From: Coniocarpon cinnabarinum
Taxonomy: Eukaryota
Assembly: GCA_051942205.1 (NCBI GenBank)
Contig: JAVECO010000067.1
Location: forward strand, 1 to 64,000
Length of the DNA stretch: 64,000 nt
Direction of reading: 5' to 3'
Part shown: one piece after another, positions 24,451 through 35,901 of the stretch
How the letters are laid out: the number at the start of each line of letters is the position of its first letter
How positions within the stretch are numbered: position 1 is the first letter of the stretch
The notes under the pieces: generated by a model
Seen by the model: the letters and a program-made list of their open reading frames with translations, nothing else
What the model was told of the DNA's origin: nothing
Databases searched by the model: none
Translations under genes and position numbers: made by a program

Positions 24451-25685
24451 TCATAGAGAAGAATTCTTCTTGCCATCCTTCACAATGTGTGGAAAGACGT
24501 GCTTCAACCCTTCCTGATCCTTCTTATCGGTTTCAAGATCTTTCTTTCTGTCGCTATCACCGATAGCCTCTCTAGCTTCTTTGTCGTGCCTCTCGCTGAG
24601 TTGCAAGCTTTTCTCGACATCCTTAGTAAGCTTGTCTACTTCATCTGCGACGGCTTGATCTTTGTCCTCAGAAATACCATTCGAGACCACATCTTCCCTC
24701 TTCTCTGCTATATATCCATGCTTCAGTGCTGGATGGTTTGCATTCAGCTCGCCGCCGCAGGATTTCCACACCTCGACCAACTCGTCCAACCAGCCACACG
24801 CCTTCGCAATTCTGCACACTCCCTCGTCGCAATCGCCGAGTAATAGCACGTCATCCGGCCGACTACCAAAGTCACCGACACGCTCAATATTCAGCAAAGC
24901 ACGTGGCGTATGCTCGTTCGCCATGCCCGGTAATGTTGCAAACGGCTGGACCGTCAGACTCGTCCCCATCACAATAAACAAGTCAGCTTGAGATGGTTCG
25001 CTTAGCCTCTCAAAGAACTCGCTTGGCAGTGCTTCACCAAAGAAGACAATCCCCGGTTTGACAAGACCGCCACACTCCGCACAGTGCGGCACTTCCTTCT
25101 CCGTCACGTGCTTGCGCATCTCATCAGCAGAGAAGGGAGCATGACAGTCGATGCATCCCTGCCTTGCAAAGCTGCCGTGTGCCTCGACGATCTTCGAGCC
25201 TGGCACACCTGCTTCGCGGTCGAGACAGTCGATGTTCTGGGTGAAATGCCGTAGCAGTAGTCCCTTGTCATGAAGGAGACGGATAAAGGAATGGGCAATG
25301 GTAGGACGGTACTTCCCAGGGTAAAGTTCTTGCGCGAGCATGTAGAATGGTTCTGGATTTCGCCGGAAGTAACTGATATCGAAAACTGCTTCAGCGTAGG
25401 GGAGATTCAGGCGGGCAAGGTTGGCGTAGAGGCCTGTTTCGGGAGAACGAAAATCAGGTATACCCGCTGATGTGGACTATATCATCCTGTGAGTACACAC
25501 GAAGGAACAAAAGTAGTTTGACACATTGCAGCCACCATACATACAATACCGGCGCCAGTCATAACCGCGATCTTCTTCGCATGACCATCAAGGATATACT
25601 TCGCCAATCCCTTCAGATCACGCGACTGGAGCGTGCTTGATGGTGCATCGTCTGCGAGAAGCTCATGGGACTCTTCTTGACCCAT
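24451..25685 (-). CDS. HST2: NAD-dependent deacetylase, Sir2 family (Hst2/SIRT2 type); exons 25685-25545 and 25476-24451
   Basis: MGQEES start; GAGI|STSAGIPDFRS across the intron; FTQNIDCL; EAHGSF; Zn-binding CxxC...CxxC; GTSLTVQPF. Confidence 0.94.
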
Positions 25686-27312
25686 GGCTGGTCCAGGAAG
25701 GATCGAGCTGGAGTTGTATGCGTCACGGTCGAAGGGCGGGTTATATGGGAGACGCGACGACTTATGCGGCTTGCGCTTGCGGCCTATGTTGGCTGAAAAG
25801 ATCTCCAATAAATGGTATGGATTTTTGATAGTGGCCCTGTAAGCCTCCAGAGTTCAACCAGGCAGACGCCGTGAATTTGAGGTGAGCTCCACCTTGTTGT
25901 TACAAATTGCGAGAAATATCGTATATGGTTGTACACAGACCGTAATCAAATCGTGTTTTCCCAAGGGAATGCTTGGATGTCTCACGAATCCTTCCAAGCA
26001 TGGCGGCTTCCTAATCAATTGATCAGCAGACAGTCAGGTTTCGTCACCAGCTGTATATACTGATAGTCACGTGATGGTTTCCTGATATGATCTCATCGTC
26101 TCGGTACTTTCTTCTGGGCGCTTTCGTGAAACGCGACTCGGACTTTTCACTCGTTTTGGTGGTCAACAACGCAGTACAAGGATTCGCGGAGCTGTCCCGA
26201 TCAACATTATGGCAAGGCGCTCTTCATTTCGCAGGAGACTGATTCATTTGACCGAGCACGGGACGGCCAAATGGCTGCGAGCATCGAGCTAGTGAAAACG
26301 AAGAGAGACCAACCCCGTGGCTGAAGTGAGGTGAGCACAATGCGCCCGACTTTGTTTCGGCGCTATTGGGAAAATGCGGCTGTAAGACACGGTAATCGTA
26401 GAGAGCATTACTCACCGTCTGTAGTGACGCTGTGCAGAACACAGAATCACCCTAGCATCCTCCTACGAACTACGCCTGCGTGCATCTCATTTAGACGGCC
26501 GTATTTATGAAAGATTGACTGAGAACATTGTCAACCCCGAAGTTGACCCAAACCATTTCAACAAGCTAGGCATTAGTCATTAAAAGTCTCATTTTCCTAG
26601 CCTTGAGGCTTGTCGCAGTGCTACATTTCCCAGTTTCATCCTCGCGGATGCCACAGTGGTCCAGCATACTTACTTCGGCCTGTTCAACAGTACATAAATG
26701 CCAAACGTTTCGTCACTGAGTCGCGTCAGGTGTCAAATGTAATATATGCCGGAAACTGGAAAACGGCCGTCTTTCTCAAGGGACACTTCGCCGAACGCCA
26801 GGCATCATGAATAGTAGAACAGGTTCCCACTCGATGTATGTAAGCCAAACGAATGCGCCTACCTTAGCTGTCTGCCACGCACGGCCCGTTCACATAACTT
26901 CCCAGTGTTTCTTAATCTAGAAGACAATGTGTAATGAATACTTACACGATCTGGCCACGGTTGCAAACGAAGGGGTACCTGCAAGCAGGGGTCATTCCTA
27001 ACGGTGAGTAGCACGACAGAAGACAAGATTGGCTATGGAATCTGCCGTAGAGCTTTGCTTATGCTCGTAGAGAATACAGGTTTGCAGGAAACACCTTGGA
27101 GCTGCTAGCTGGTGAAAGGGCTGCAGGTAACGAGCGAAGAGATATTAAGACATTAGACAGCATGATCGACAACGAGTTCTGCAGATAAAGGCCAAGCATT
27201 ACGAGATGGAAGAGTCAACACAATGTTTCTTTGCGGAGGCAATTTATTCAGCGCACAGCGCGTTGGTGTTGCATGCAACACCTGAGAAGCACTGCTTCGT
27301 CCATACCGAGAT

Positions 27313-27865
27313 CTACCTTGGCCCCGAACCCATGAATCCCGGAGGAGCCATGGGAAGTGGCGGGCCAGGATCATTACCTCTTGTGTTCGGGTCCAACGTA
27401 TCTGTATGTTTAGCTTTCTGCTTACGATGTGCTTGCAGGCTGTTTGCGTTAGTCATGCCCGGTGGGTTTGCGTCGCCTTCGCTTGCGAAGAACCTTATCA
27501 CTAGTTTCGAATCTTCATTGCTGTGTTCATTATGGTCAGCAACCGGTTTCGCGAAATATTGGTTTCAAGTCATTAAACTCGCACACTGCGCACAGCAGTC
27601 GTTATGAAGTAGTGGATACGCACCTGACTACGAAGTACTTCAGATCATCGGAACTGGTATGCGAGTCTCGGTTTAGAACTTCCTTGAATTGGGATTCCAC
27701 GTGATCTTTGAGGACATCTTGGGGGGTGCGACTGCGGCCAAAAACATGGGGGTGACCGCGCATGAGGCCTGCTGCATCTGGGTAATATTTACCATGGAGG
27801 GTGTGTCGTACTAAGCCGCGGTGGAACGTCACCTCCAAAGGCTCAGTTCCGTCTTCATTCGGCAT
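27313..27865 (-). CDS. Hypothetical two-exon orphan protein (149 aa); exons 27865-27624 and 27520-27313
   Basis: AACCATG start context and an upstream TATAAG. The intron 27623-27521 (GTGCGT..GCTGAC..CAG) joins the two minus-strand ORFs in frame. Confidence 0.6.
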
Positions 27866-29753
27866 GGTTGGGTTTGCAGCTAATGTGAAGGAATAACAGC
27901 GGTACGAAGGTGTTTCTCCAAGTGGTAGACGGAATGTCACCAGGGGTTTGTTGTATCCAATGAAAGTGTGTAGGCGGAGAGGCTCGAATCAAGGATGCGT
28001 TGAAGTATGCACATCAGAAAGATGTAGTTTGAGAAAGTACTTATAGGCTGATGTCAAAGGTGACGCGGGATGTATTTCCGGCATGAAGTCACAGATCGCG
28101 ACAAAACAAGATCGCCGCTAGGTTTCGTTGACAGCCAGCGCGGTTGATGGGCACTGACAAGGTGCCCTCTGTTCCCAGATGTGCTAGGTAGAGCACTTGT
28201 ACGTGAGGTGCAAAGGAAAGCGTGCACACGGGCAGGCCAACATCTGTCCTTCCAGCACTTCCGCAGCAAACCGAGAGCAATCAGGAAGCCAGCTTGTTCG
28301 ACATCGCAGTGATGCATGTGGCAACGGTAGCTATTCCTTCAGCGAAAACAGAGCTCATGACGGAAGTCGAGAGTCAGGGAAGGCCACCTACTCAGCCGAG
28401 AGAGCACGGTGACCGCGAATGCGCTCCAACAAAGTCCTCCCATCAGTTTGGCGTGTGCAAGCGCAGTGAAATGGTATACGGGGGCGAGAGAGAGGGCGCT
28501 GTCGGATGTGGTCGGAGGCGGGCGGTCACCACGAAGGGGTTTGCACAGTCTGCCGATGTGCTCCGACCCGATCAAACGAGGTGGATGCTGCAACCGTGGC
28601 AGTAAGCCAAATGCCATAATTCAGCCTACTCGGCAAGCTGGTATTTTGAGCGTGCACACAATATGCTTTCGTGGTCTTGGATGCCATTCCAGCCAGATTG
28701 TGTCGGTGCCCTGCAGCACATTCACGTTCGGGGTTCGACACTCGCAAGGCTTGCCAGCCATACCAAATTCTCTGCCTGCACATTCGCGGACACGGCAAAG
28801 CTTGTTCTAGCCTGGCTGCGCGTGAATAACATTAGCTCGAGATGTTTTCCCAGCATCGCATGGCCGTCACGCGCTGTACGCTTTCGAGGCAAGCGACGGG
28901 CGGCAAGTCGACAGCATACTGGCCACGCTCATTTCATGAGTACTCGCTGGGGTGCCCTCACGTACGCGGACAAAGCTGGAGTATGATGGTCCCTAACCTA
29001 TTGGAGTGGGTTGGAACACTGCTCAGACAGGTGGACGAGAAGGCGTGCAACGATGAAACACATCGCAGGTGGAGGAGCAAAAAGGGCGATGTCGTAGGGG
29101 TCAAAAATGAAACACGGATCTAGCCGCCCAACGTCATGATTCTCACGTGAGTCGGCAAGGCTCACAGTCTCCATTTCGGCCGGCCTTGCACGAGACAGGC
29201 ATGTAATCTTCATCTCAGGCTGGCCCGAGTAGAGAGTCCTCTTGTCCATCGGTCGTGCTGGGGACAGCGCTGCTCCATTGCTCTGCGTTTCGTGGCTGTA
29301 GACAGCCTGAGCGTTACGCTGCTCTCTTTTTGGCTTCCGTGCATCCACCCCCGTCTTTTTCGCAGTCATAACCTTCATTTGTCCGGGCCAGGATCTTGAC
29401 GCAGTTACCGTTCAAGAACTCGCTTTCTGAAGGACGCGCACATTCTTCAAAAGCACGGTGACCGTCGACCTTGGACTTGCGGACACGCTCTGCAGCTCCA
29501 GCTCCCAGCTCGTGCTTCCTCCCTCCTTCTGTAACCGCACTAGGCCGCAGATCCGTTGCTATTTATACGACCTCCTGGTGTTTGCATAATGGCCAGCAAA
29601 CACCCCAGACACGCAAAGCGGTCAGTCTTTAGACAATCTGAGGAGTTTAAATCAACACCTTGAGCAAGCAAAAGCTAACATCACGGCGACAGCGACTCCG
29701 ACACCTTTTCCGTCCTTGACCGCAAATACCGCCAGCTTGGCCTCTCTCCTGAG

Positions 29754-30941
29754 ATGTGGAAACGTGCTTCCCGACACGGCGTCACCTCTTTCTACTCGAA
29801 GATTGACGGTGACAAGGACACCGTCTATCTTACAGTCGACCGCGGCCGACCCATTGCTCAGCATCAAGCTGGCCGTCCACGCTCGCCTTCTCCAGACTTT
29901 TCCGATTTCGACAATGACAGCCTGAACCTAAAACCTCCTATTCCCCTCAAAAATATTGCTCGCAAGATGCAGTTCGGAAAAAAGAAGTCTACCAAAAGTG
30001 GCTTATCGGCTCGTCAAGCTGGCAAGGTGTCCGACTGGGAGCGGCGGCAGCAGGCGCAGCAGCAGCAGCAGCAACTACAGCACACCCCACAGCAACCACT
30101 TCCAAATGCACCTTGGAATACTCAAATTGGCCGTGACAGCCCTGAGCTACCCGACCCAGACATGGGCGTCAGCCTCCGCGAAGATATGCCTGTCGACCTC
30201 CACGACAATAGCCACTTCAGCTGGACGACCTACGCCGACGACGAGCCCCCCTCCCGCAACTCAGAGATCGACGCCTTACCCGACCTATCCAGCCTCACCT
30301 TCACCCCAACACAAACGCACACTCAGCCACGTAGCCGCTTCAGCTGGTCGACGCACAACACCAGTGTGCGCCGAAGCATCGATCAGAAGTCCCTCAATAG
30401 TCCTTCCCCAGCCATGGTCTCCTCGCCGCCTTCCCCTCTACTTACCCCGCCCTCTTCAGTCCTCACTCGACGTCGACCTCTTCCGCGCCCAGATGAGTAC
30501 GGCTTCTATCCCGAGAAGCAACAGATTAAGCGCAAGCCCACACCCTCCGAAGCTGCTTCTCTAGCTCCCCAATCCTCACCTATTCCGCCACAGTCAACGA
30601 GTGAGACAGACGACATCCACGACCTGCCGCTGTTTCCTCCTCGCACAGATTCCGCAGACAAAGCCAAAAACCTGCAAGTAGAGCTCAACACTCTCGAGAA
30701 TCGGAAATATAACCTCACCAGGGTGATTGGAGGATTGACGGCGCTGGTGCCCTCAAATCCTGTGGAGTTTGATCTGGCCAAGAGAAGAGAACACAAGGCG
30801 CGTGTCGAAGCCTTTGAGCGCGAGCTTGCGGATGTGAGGAGGAGAGAGCATGAATTGGGGATGAGACTGCAGCGGATTATGAGGAGAAGAGAGGGTGGCG
30901 ATGAGCCTACAGGCCTGTGGGTGAGGAGGGTCACTGGTTGA
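29754..30941 (+). CDS. Hypothetical protein, Pro/Ser-rich with a C-terminal coiled coil ending GLWVRRVTG
   Basis: 395-aa ORF with a polyQ tract, two S(R/H)FSW(T/S)T motifs and a heptad-rich C-terminus. Confidence 0.8.
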   Translation: MWKRASRHGVTSFYSKIDGDKDTVYLTVDRGRPIAQHQAGRPRSPSPDFSDFDNDSLNLKPPIPLKNIARKMQFGKKKSTKSGLSARQAGKVSDWERRQQAQQQQQQLQHTPQQPLPNAPWNTQIGRDSPELPDPDMGVSLREDMPVDLHDNSHFSWTTYADDEPPSRNSEIDALPDLSSLTFTPTQTHTQPRSRFSWSTHNTSVRRSIDQKSLNSPSPAMVSSPPSPLLTPPSSVLTRRRPLPRPDEYGFYPEKQQIKRKPTPSEAASLAPQSSPIPPQSTSETDDIHDLPLFPPRTDSADKAKNLQVELNTLENRKYNLTRVIGGLTALVPSNPVEFDLAKRREHKARVEAFERELADVRRREHELGMRLQRIMRRREGGDEPTGLWVRRVTG

Positions 30942-31238
30942 GCTCGTGCAACCTCCAGAGATATTGAAATGTCTGACGATACGAAAGGCCAGTGTCTGGG
31001 TGTTCAGGCATCGTAAGGTCAATTTGATTGACACCGCGTAACGAGGAGCGATACCTTGGACATGTGTATGTCATTGTACCATAATTTCATGTCCGTGAGA
31101 ATATGTAGAGACAAAACGACGCACCACCAACACCAGCGCTCTTGTCTCTCGTTTCCATTTCTCGGCTGAGTGTTCGGCCCTGGATTGCGTTTCTTCGTTG
31201 TCTCCGTCACTCTTGACCAGTGAAACACTGAGGGCGCC

Positions 31239-31597
31239 TCACTTCTTGCCGCTCTTCTTCATCCCAGCTCCCAACTTCCCACCCGCTTGCAGCTTCTTCG
31301 CCGCGGCAGCATCAGCTTTTGCCCCTGTAGACACACCAATCAGCCTAAGTTCTTAAGCGTCGCACGTCACCTGCCGGTCATCCAGCCAGCAATGAAGACA
31401 AAGCTTTTTCGAGAGTAGGCGACATACCGGCCTTTTGCTTCTCAAGAAAGGCAAGATCGTCATCGTCGAGATCTTGGGCCTTCTTCTTTTGCTTCTTGTT
31501 GTGGATGGGGTTGGTGCCGGCTGGGTTGTGTTAGTGACTCTTTGTGCTTCCTGTGCAAGGAGACGGTGCGGGACGTACAGCCGGCGCCTGAAGGCAT
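31239..31597 (-). CDS. TMA7: Translation machinery-associated protein TMA7 (65 aa); exons 31597-31579, 31520-31428, 31324-31239
   Basis: The spliced product is MPSGAGSGTNPIHNKKQKKKAQDLDDDDLAFLEKQKAGAKADAAAAKKLQAGGKLGAGMKKSGKK. DDLAF..KQK and the terminal KKSGKK are TMA7 hallmarks. Both introns are canonical. Confidence 0.9.
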
Positions 31598-32551
31598 GTT
31601 GGAGTTGACGCTTGAGTGATAGTTTACAGGAGGTTTTTGGTTGATAGACAACAAGACTTGGGAGGAGGTTGTGAAGTAGGGTCGTGGGTTGTTTGAAGTC
31701 GATCAATGCCAGTTCTAGAACTTAAGGTGGAGATCAAAAACAATTGCCTTATTGAGCTACATAGTATTGCAAGATCACATCCAAGGGTCTACGCTGTGTG
31801 AATGAGCACATTCCAAAATAGCTACTCCTCTAGTCCTGGGCGACCACTATGAAGAAGGCATTCACGTCTGTGTATGTGACCCGATGTGCTTGCCCCAAGT
31901 TGGCTCTTGTCTCAGGAAGCCTTCTCGAATGAAGCCTAGGCGTAAACCCGGAATATGCATGTGTATTCTCTTCGCCGGATTAGCACGGGGAAAAGCACTG
32001 GTGGCGTTTGTGAATTATTGGAGTCGATGGTATTATGTAGATTGTCGGTCCACGAAAACGTGATTTGATGTCTCGTTAAATGCACAGATGGAGGTTTGAT
32101 GACCTTTCATGTCAAAAACGTGCAACCCTGCCATCATGTCGTCCAAAGCGTGTTACTTTAACGGGTAACTTATGATGCGTGGTCGCAGCGCAACCAAAAC
32201 TTAATGGTCGCCTCGCTACTTCACATTTTGTCGCTCTTGCCCCAAAATCATCAACGCGTGTACACCCCATTTTCCTGCTGGAAGCGATGTGTCTGGTTGA
32301 GGACAGCGTGCAATGAGCGCTAAGTGTAGGAAGTGAAGAAGCATTACAGTACGAACGCCAGACACCAACTCGGCTTGTGCAGCAAGAACATACATTTATT
32401 GAAACAAGATTGCTAACTCGCTTTATTGGCCTTCCGTCCTGCAGGTTGTCGACGCCGCGCACTAAAGCTGCTTGCATCGCTTCTAGTCTCGGGCGACCTC
32501 GTCACATCGACAACCTCACAGTACTTGAAGGCAACTACGCACGACCCCAAG

Positions 32552-35023
32552 ATGAAGAAACACAGTGTTAACCGAAGACTCAGAGAGGAGCTTTCGCCTG
32601 ATCGCTCGCTGCCTTACAACCGATCAGCATCTCCTACCTCGTCGACTTCGTCTCGTGACACCTCTCGTCATCGCAATCGTCGCCGATCACGCTCGCCGTA
32701 TCGACACCCTGGCGACGAAAAACAGTCCTGGGGTGAAGGTTACCGCAATGGAGTCCAGTTTTACCGCAGCAATGCACCTCATTCGATCTACGAGGGCCGT
32801 TTCAAAGGTACTGACGCACGAAGCAGCCGAAATTATGAGAGTGGCTACGCCCGCAAGCGGAGTCCACCTGCAAGCCGTGAAGGTCATCCCGTGAAAAAGT
32901 CAAAAGTGGAATATGGTGTGCAACAAAATGAAGTGGCTGGTAACGATCACGGCGAACGAAATTCGAATGGGCTCGGACCAAAACATGAGTCTGACCGCCG
33001 CACTTTGGTGCTGCGTGAGCAACTGAATCTAGTTGCCGGTGACGCCGCACGTACAGGGAAGCCTCACTTTTCCGATAATGTTTCTGTGGAGGGCAAGGCT
33101 AAATCTACAGATTCTGCCTCTGCTGTCAAATCACGCTTGAGTAGTTTTGATGAGATACAGTGCGTTCCTCCTCACGAAACCCACCAAGTCGTCTCAGCTA
33201 ATCTGTTTCGCAGTCGCAAGTCTCCTGCTATTGCAACCCGTGAGCCAACGTCCAATGCTGTGGGTAACGAACCTTCAAAGAATGTCGACGAGCAGGGCTC
33301 AAACGAACTCAGTGTCGAAGAGCGTCGGAAGCGTCGCGAGGCTATTCGAGCGAAGTTCAAAAACCAGTCGACTGACCTGCGAGTGCAGGCTTTCGAGAAC
33401 AATTCCGCATCAGCGGCGACGAATGAACTAAAGACGGCAGCAGAGGAAAGCTCTACTTGTGGTGATCAAGCTGACAGTCAGAGTAACCCCGCAACACCTT
33501 TCACTGGTGAAATATCCCCACAATCGTCCCCCTGTACACCAGCAGAAAATGGGTTGGCTCCTTCGCCGGAGCCCATAATTGTCGAAAACGATACTGACTT
33601 GGCAAATACATCCGAAGCCGTAGGAAAGTTTTTGCAAGGTGAAGAGCCATCAGCGGCAGACTACGATCCAACGGAGGCAATGCGAGAGGATCGAATTCGT
33701 CACGATAAGCGCATAGACACCGAAACAGTCCCTTCAGGAGATTATGAGGAGGTCAATGAGTCTGAGCATCAATTTCCCATACCTGGCGTTGGCGTGAGCA
33801 AGCCAAGTGGAGATGCAGAGTCGATGCCAGAGCCAGCAGCCGATGACATGTTTGCCAGTGATGATGAAGACGACATGTTTGCAGCGGAGCCAAGGACTAA
33901 AACAGCTAAACCTGGCAATTCAAAAGATGCGGCCAAAGCAAAGGGTACAGAGATTGACACCAGCATGCTCGACAACTGGGATGACCCTGATGGCTACTAC
34001 CGCCCAATACTGGGCGAAACTCTAGACGGCCGCTATCAAATTCAGTCGAATCTCGGCAAAGGTATGTTCTCTGGTGTCGTGCGAGCTACGGATTTGCAGA
34101 GCAAGCACATGAAAGCGATCAAGATCATCCGCAATAACGAGAGCATGGTTAAGGCTGCACAAAAGGAAATGGCTATTCTAAAGAAACTTGCAGAATCAGA
34201 TCCGGATGACAAGAAACATCTGGTCCGCCTAGAACGCTCGTTCTCCCATCGCGACCACTTATGTCTCGTGTTTGAAAATTTGAGCTTGAACCTGCGAGAG
34301 GTTTTGAAGAAGTTTGGACGGGACGTAGGCATCAACATTAAAGCCATCCGATCTTACGCTCAGCAGATGTTCCTCGCATTGGGTTTAATGCGTAAATGCA
34401 ATATCTACCATGCTGATTTGAAGCCGGACAACATCTTAGTCACCGAAGATCGAGCCTCGCTGAAGATTTGCGATTTGGGCTCTGCAGGGGATGGTTCGGA
34501 ATTCGAGATTGCTCCGTATCTGGTCAGCCGTTACTATCGTGCACCGGAAATCATACTTGGGTGCCCCTACGATTTCGCGATCGACATGTGGAGCATTGGC
34601 TGTACGCTTTACGAGCTATTCACAGGCAAGATTCTCTTTACTGGACGCGACAACAACGGCATGCTCCGCAACATCATGGAGACGCGGGGAAAGATTAGTG
34701 TCAAGATGCTGAAGAAGGCCGAGTTTGGCGCGCTGTACTTCGATGACGCCAATCTCTATTTTCGAAGCACGGAACGCGACAGGATCACGAACAGAGAGGT
34801 AGTAAAGCTCCTCAATTTTCAGAAGCCGACGCGAGAGCTCAAGGATCGAATACTGGCTGCTGCGCCCAAGGACATCACAGAAGTGGAACGCAAGGAGCTT
34901 CTGTTGTTCGCAGATCTGCTGGACAAGTGTTTGATGCTGAATCCCGAGCGACGTCTGACTCCGGCCGAGGCTTTGAAGCACCCCTTCATTCATCGCGGCT
35001 TCACCCCCATTGGGCTGAAGTGA
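32552..35023 (+). CDS. PRP4: PRP4 splicing Ser/Thr kinase (start uncertain; probable intron 33160-33213)
   Basis: RS-rich N-terminus, DNWDDPDGYY, GKGMFSGV, NLREVLKKFGRDVGINIKA, HADLKPDN, PYLVSRYYRAPE. Confidence 0.95.
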   Translation: MKKHSVNRRLREELSPDRSLPYNRSASPTSSTSSRDTSRHRNRRRSRSPYRHPGDEKQSWGEGYRNGVQFYRSNAPHSIYEGRFKGTDARSSRNYESGYARKRSPPASREGHPVKKSKVEYGVQQNEVAGNDHGERNSNGLGPKHESDRRTLVLREQLNLVAGDAARTGKPHFSDNVSVEGKAKSTDSASAVKSRLSSFDEIQCVPPHETHQVVSANLFRSRKSPAIATREPTSNAVGNEPSKNVDEQGSNELSVEERRKRREAIRAKFKNQSTDLRVQAFENNSASAATNELKTAAEESSTCGDQADSQSNPATPFTGEISPQSSPCTPAENGLAPSPEPIIVENDTDLANTSEAVGKFLQGEEPSAADYDPTEAMREDRIRHDKRIDTETVPSGDYEEVNESEHQFPIPGVGVSKPSGDAESMPEPAADDMFASDDEDDMFAAEPRTKTAKPGNSKDAAKAKGTEIDTSMLDNWDDPDGYYRPILGETLDGRYQIQSNLGKGMFSGVVRATDLQSKHMKAIKIIRNNESMVKAAQKEMAILKKLAESDPDDKKHLVRLERSFSHRDHLCLVFENLSLNLREVLKKFGRDVGINIKAIRSYAQQMFLALGLMRKCNIYHADLKPDNILVTEDRASLKICDLGSAGDGSEFEIAPYLVSRYYRAPEIILGCPYDFAIDMWSIGCTLYELFTGKILFTGRDNNGMLRNIMETRGKISVKMLKKAEFGALYFDDANLYFRSTERDRITNREVVKLLNFQKPTRELKDRILAAAPKDITEVERKELLLFADLLDKCLMLNPERRLTPAEALKHPFIHRGFTPIGLK

Positions 35024-35901
35024 TGAGTGGGGTGCGGTATCGCATTGGGTGTGTGCAGAGGTGGTGGTGTCGGCGGGCCGGGCACAGGAGGTGAGCAAAT
35101 GCAGCGGCTCACAAGCATCTCGTCGGGAGTCGCCACCGATGCATAGGTAGAAATGCCAAGTAAATAATGCTATTGCCGAGCAATCCTATTGGACATGCTC
35201 TACCTGTCCTGTCGCCTGTCTTTCGCGGCTTGGCCTGTCTGCCACTGCTGAGCTGCCCCTCCTGCCACGTGCACGTGAACGCAGCGTAGGCAGGTGTGAT
35301 GACTTGCATCGTTGGGTACGCCGTGGCGACATATGCCTCTATTATTCGATGTCTGCATTGAGCCGATGCGACATTACTACGTCTGTCGTAGAGACTGTCA
35401 TTTGGCGAGGAGAAAGATTCAAGTACTGGAAAGGCGGTGTCATCGGAGCCACATCTGGAGCCAGCATCCGATGGGGTTTAGCGCCGAAATCGCTGGAACT
35501 GCGCGCGAGTCAGCAAACCTCCACGCCGCAGCTCTCTTGTCTCTCGTCTCTCGTCTCGCTGCTCCATGTTCACCAGTCTTTGTCCCGCCATTTGACCCTC
35601 GCTCCAGGCCTGACCCAGGCTTTCACTCGTCACAGAACTTCAATGCAAAGTATCAACCCTTCATCTCCATAGGTGCGTCGAGTAACGCTGATACGGGTTC
35701 TGGCCTCACGCTTGAAGCTTGTCCCTCCAGCACCCCCACCCTCAACACTCTCCCTGCTCGTCCTGTATTATACTCAACTTCTCGCTCCATCGCCCGTGGC
35801 CATAGTTTCCCGTTCTCACTGGCGTCCACACCCAAAGTTGCCCTCGCTAATTCTTCAAGGTTAACACAGGACGACATTTCATCTCATTCTTTCATCCTTG
35901 C

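Noticed and set aside
26067..26075. GTCACGTGA E-box (also at about 50073; related CACGTG sites elsewhere)
   Set aside because: A common bHLH motif scattered across the window; nothing specific can be inferred.
28730..28750. GGTTCGA, resembling a tRNA T-loop
   Set aside because: No T-stem or cloverleaf.
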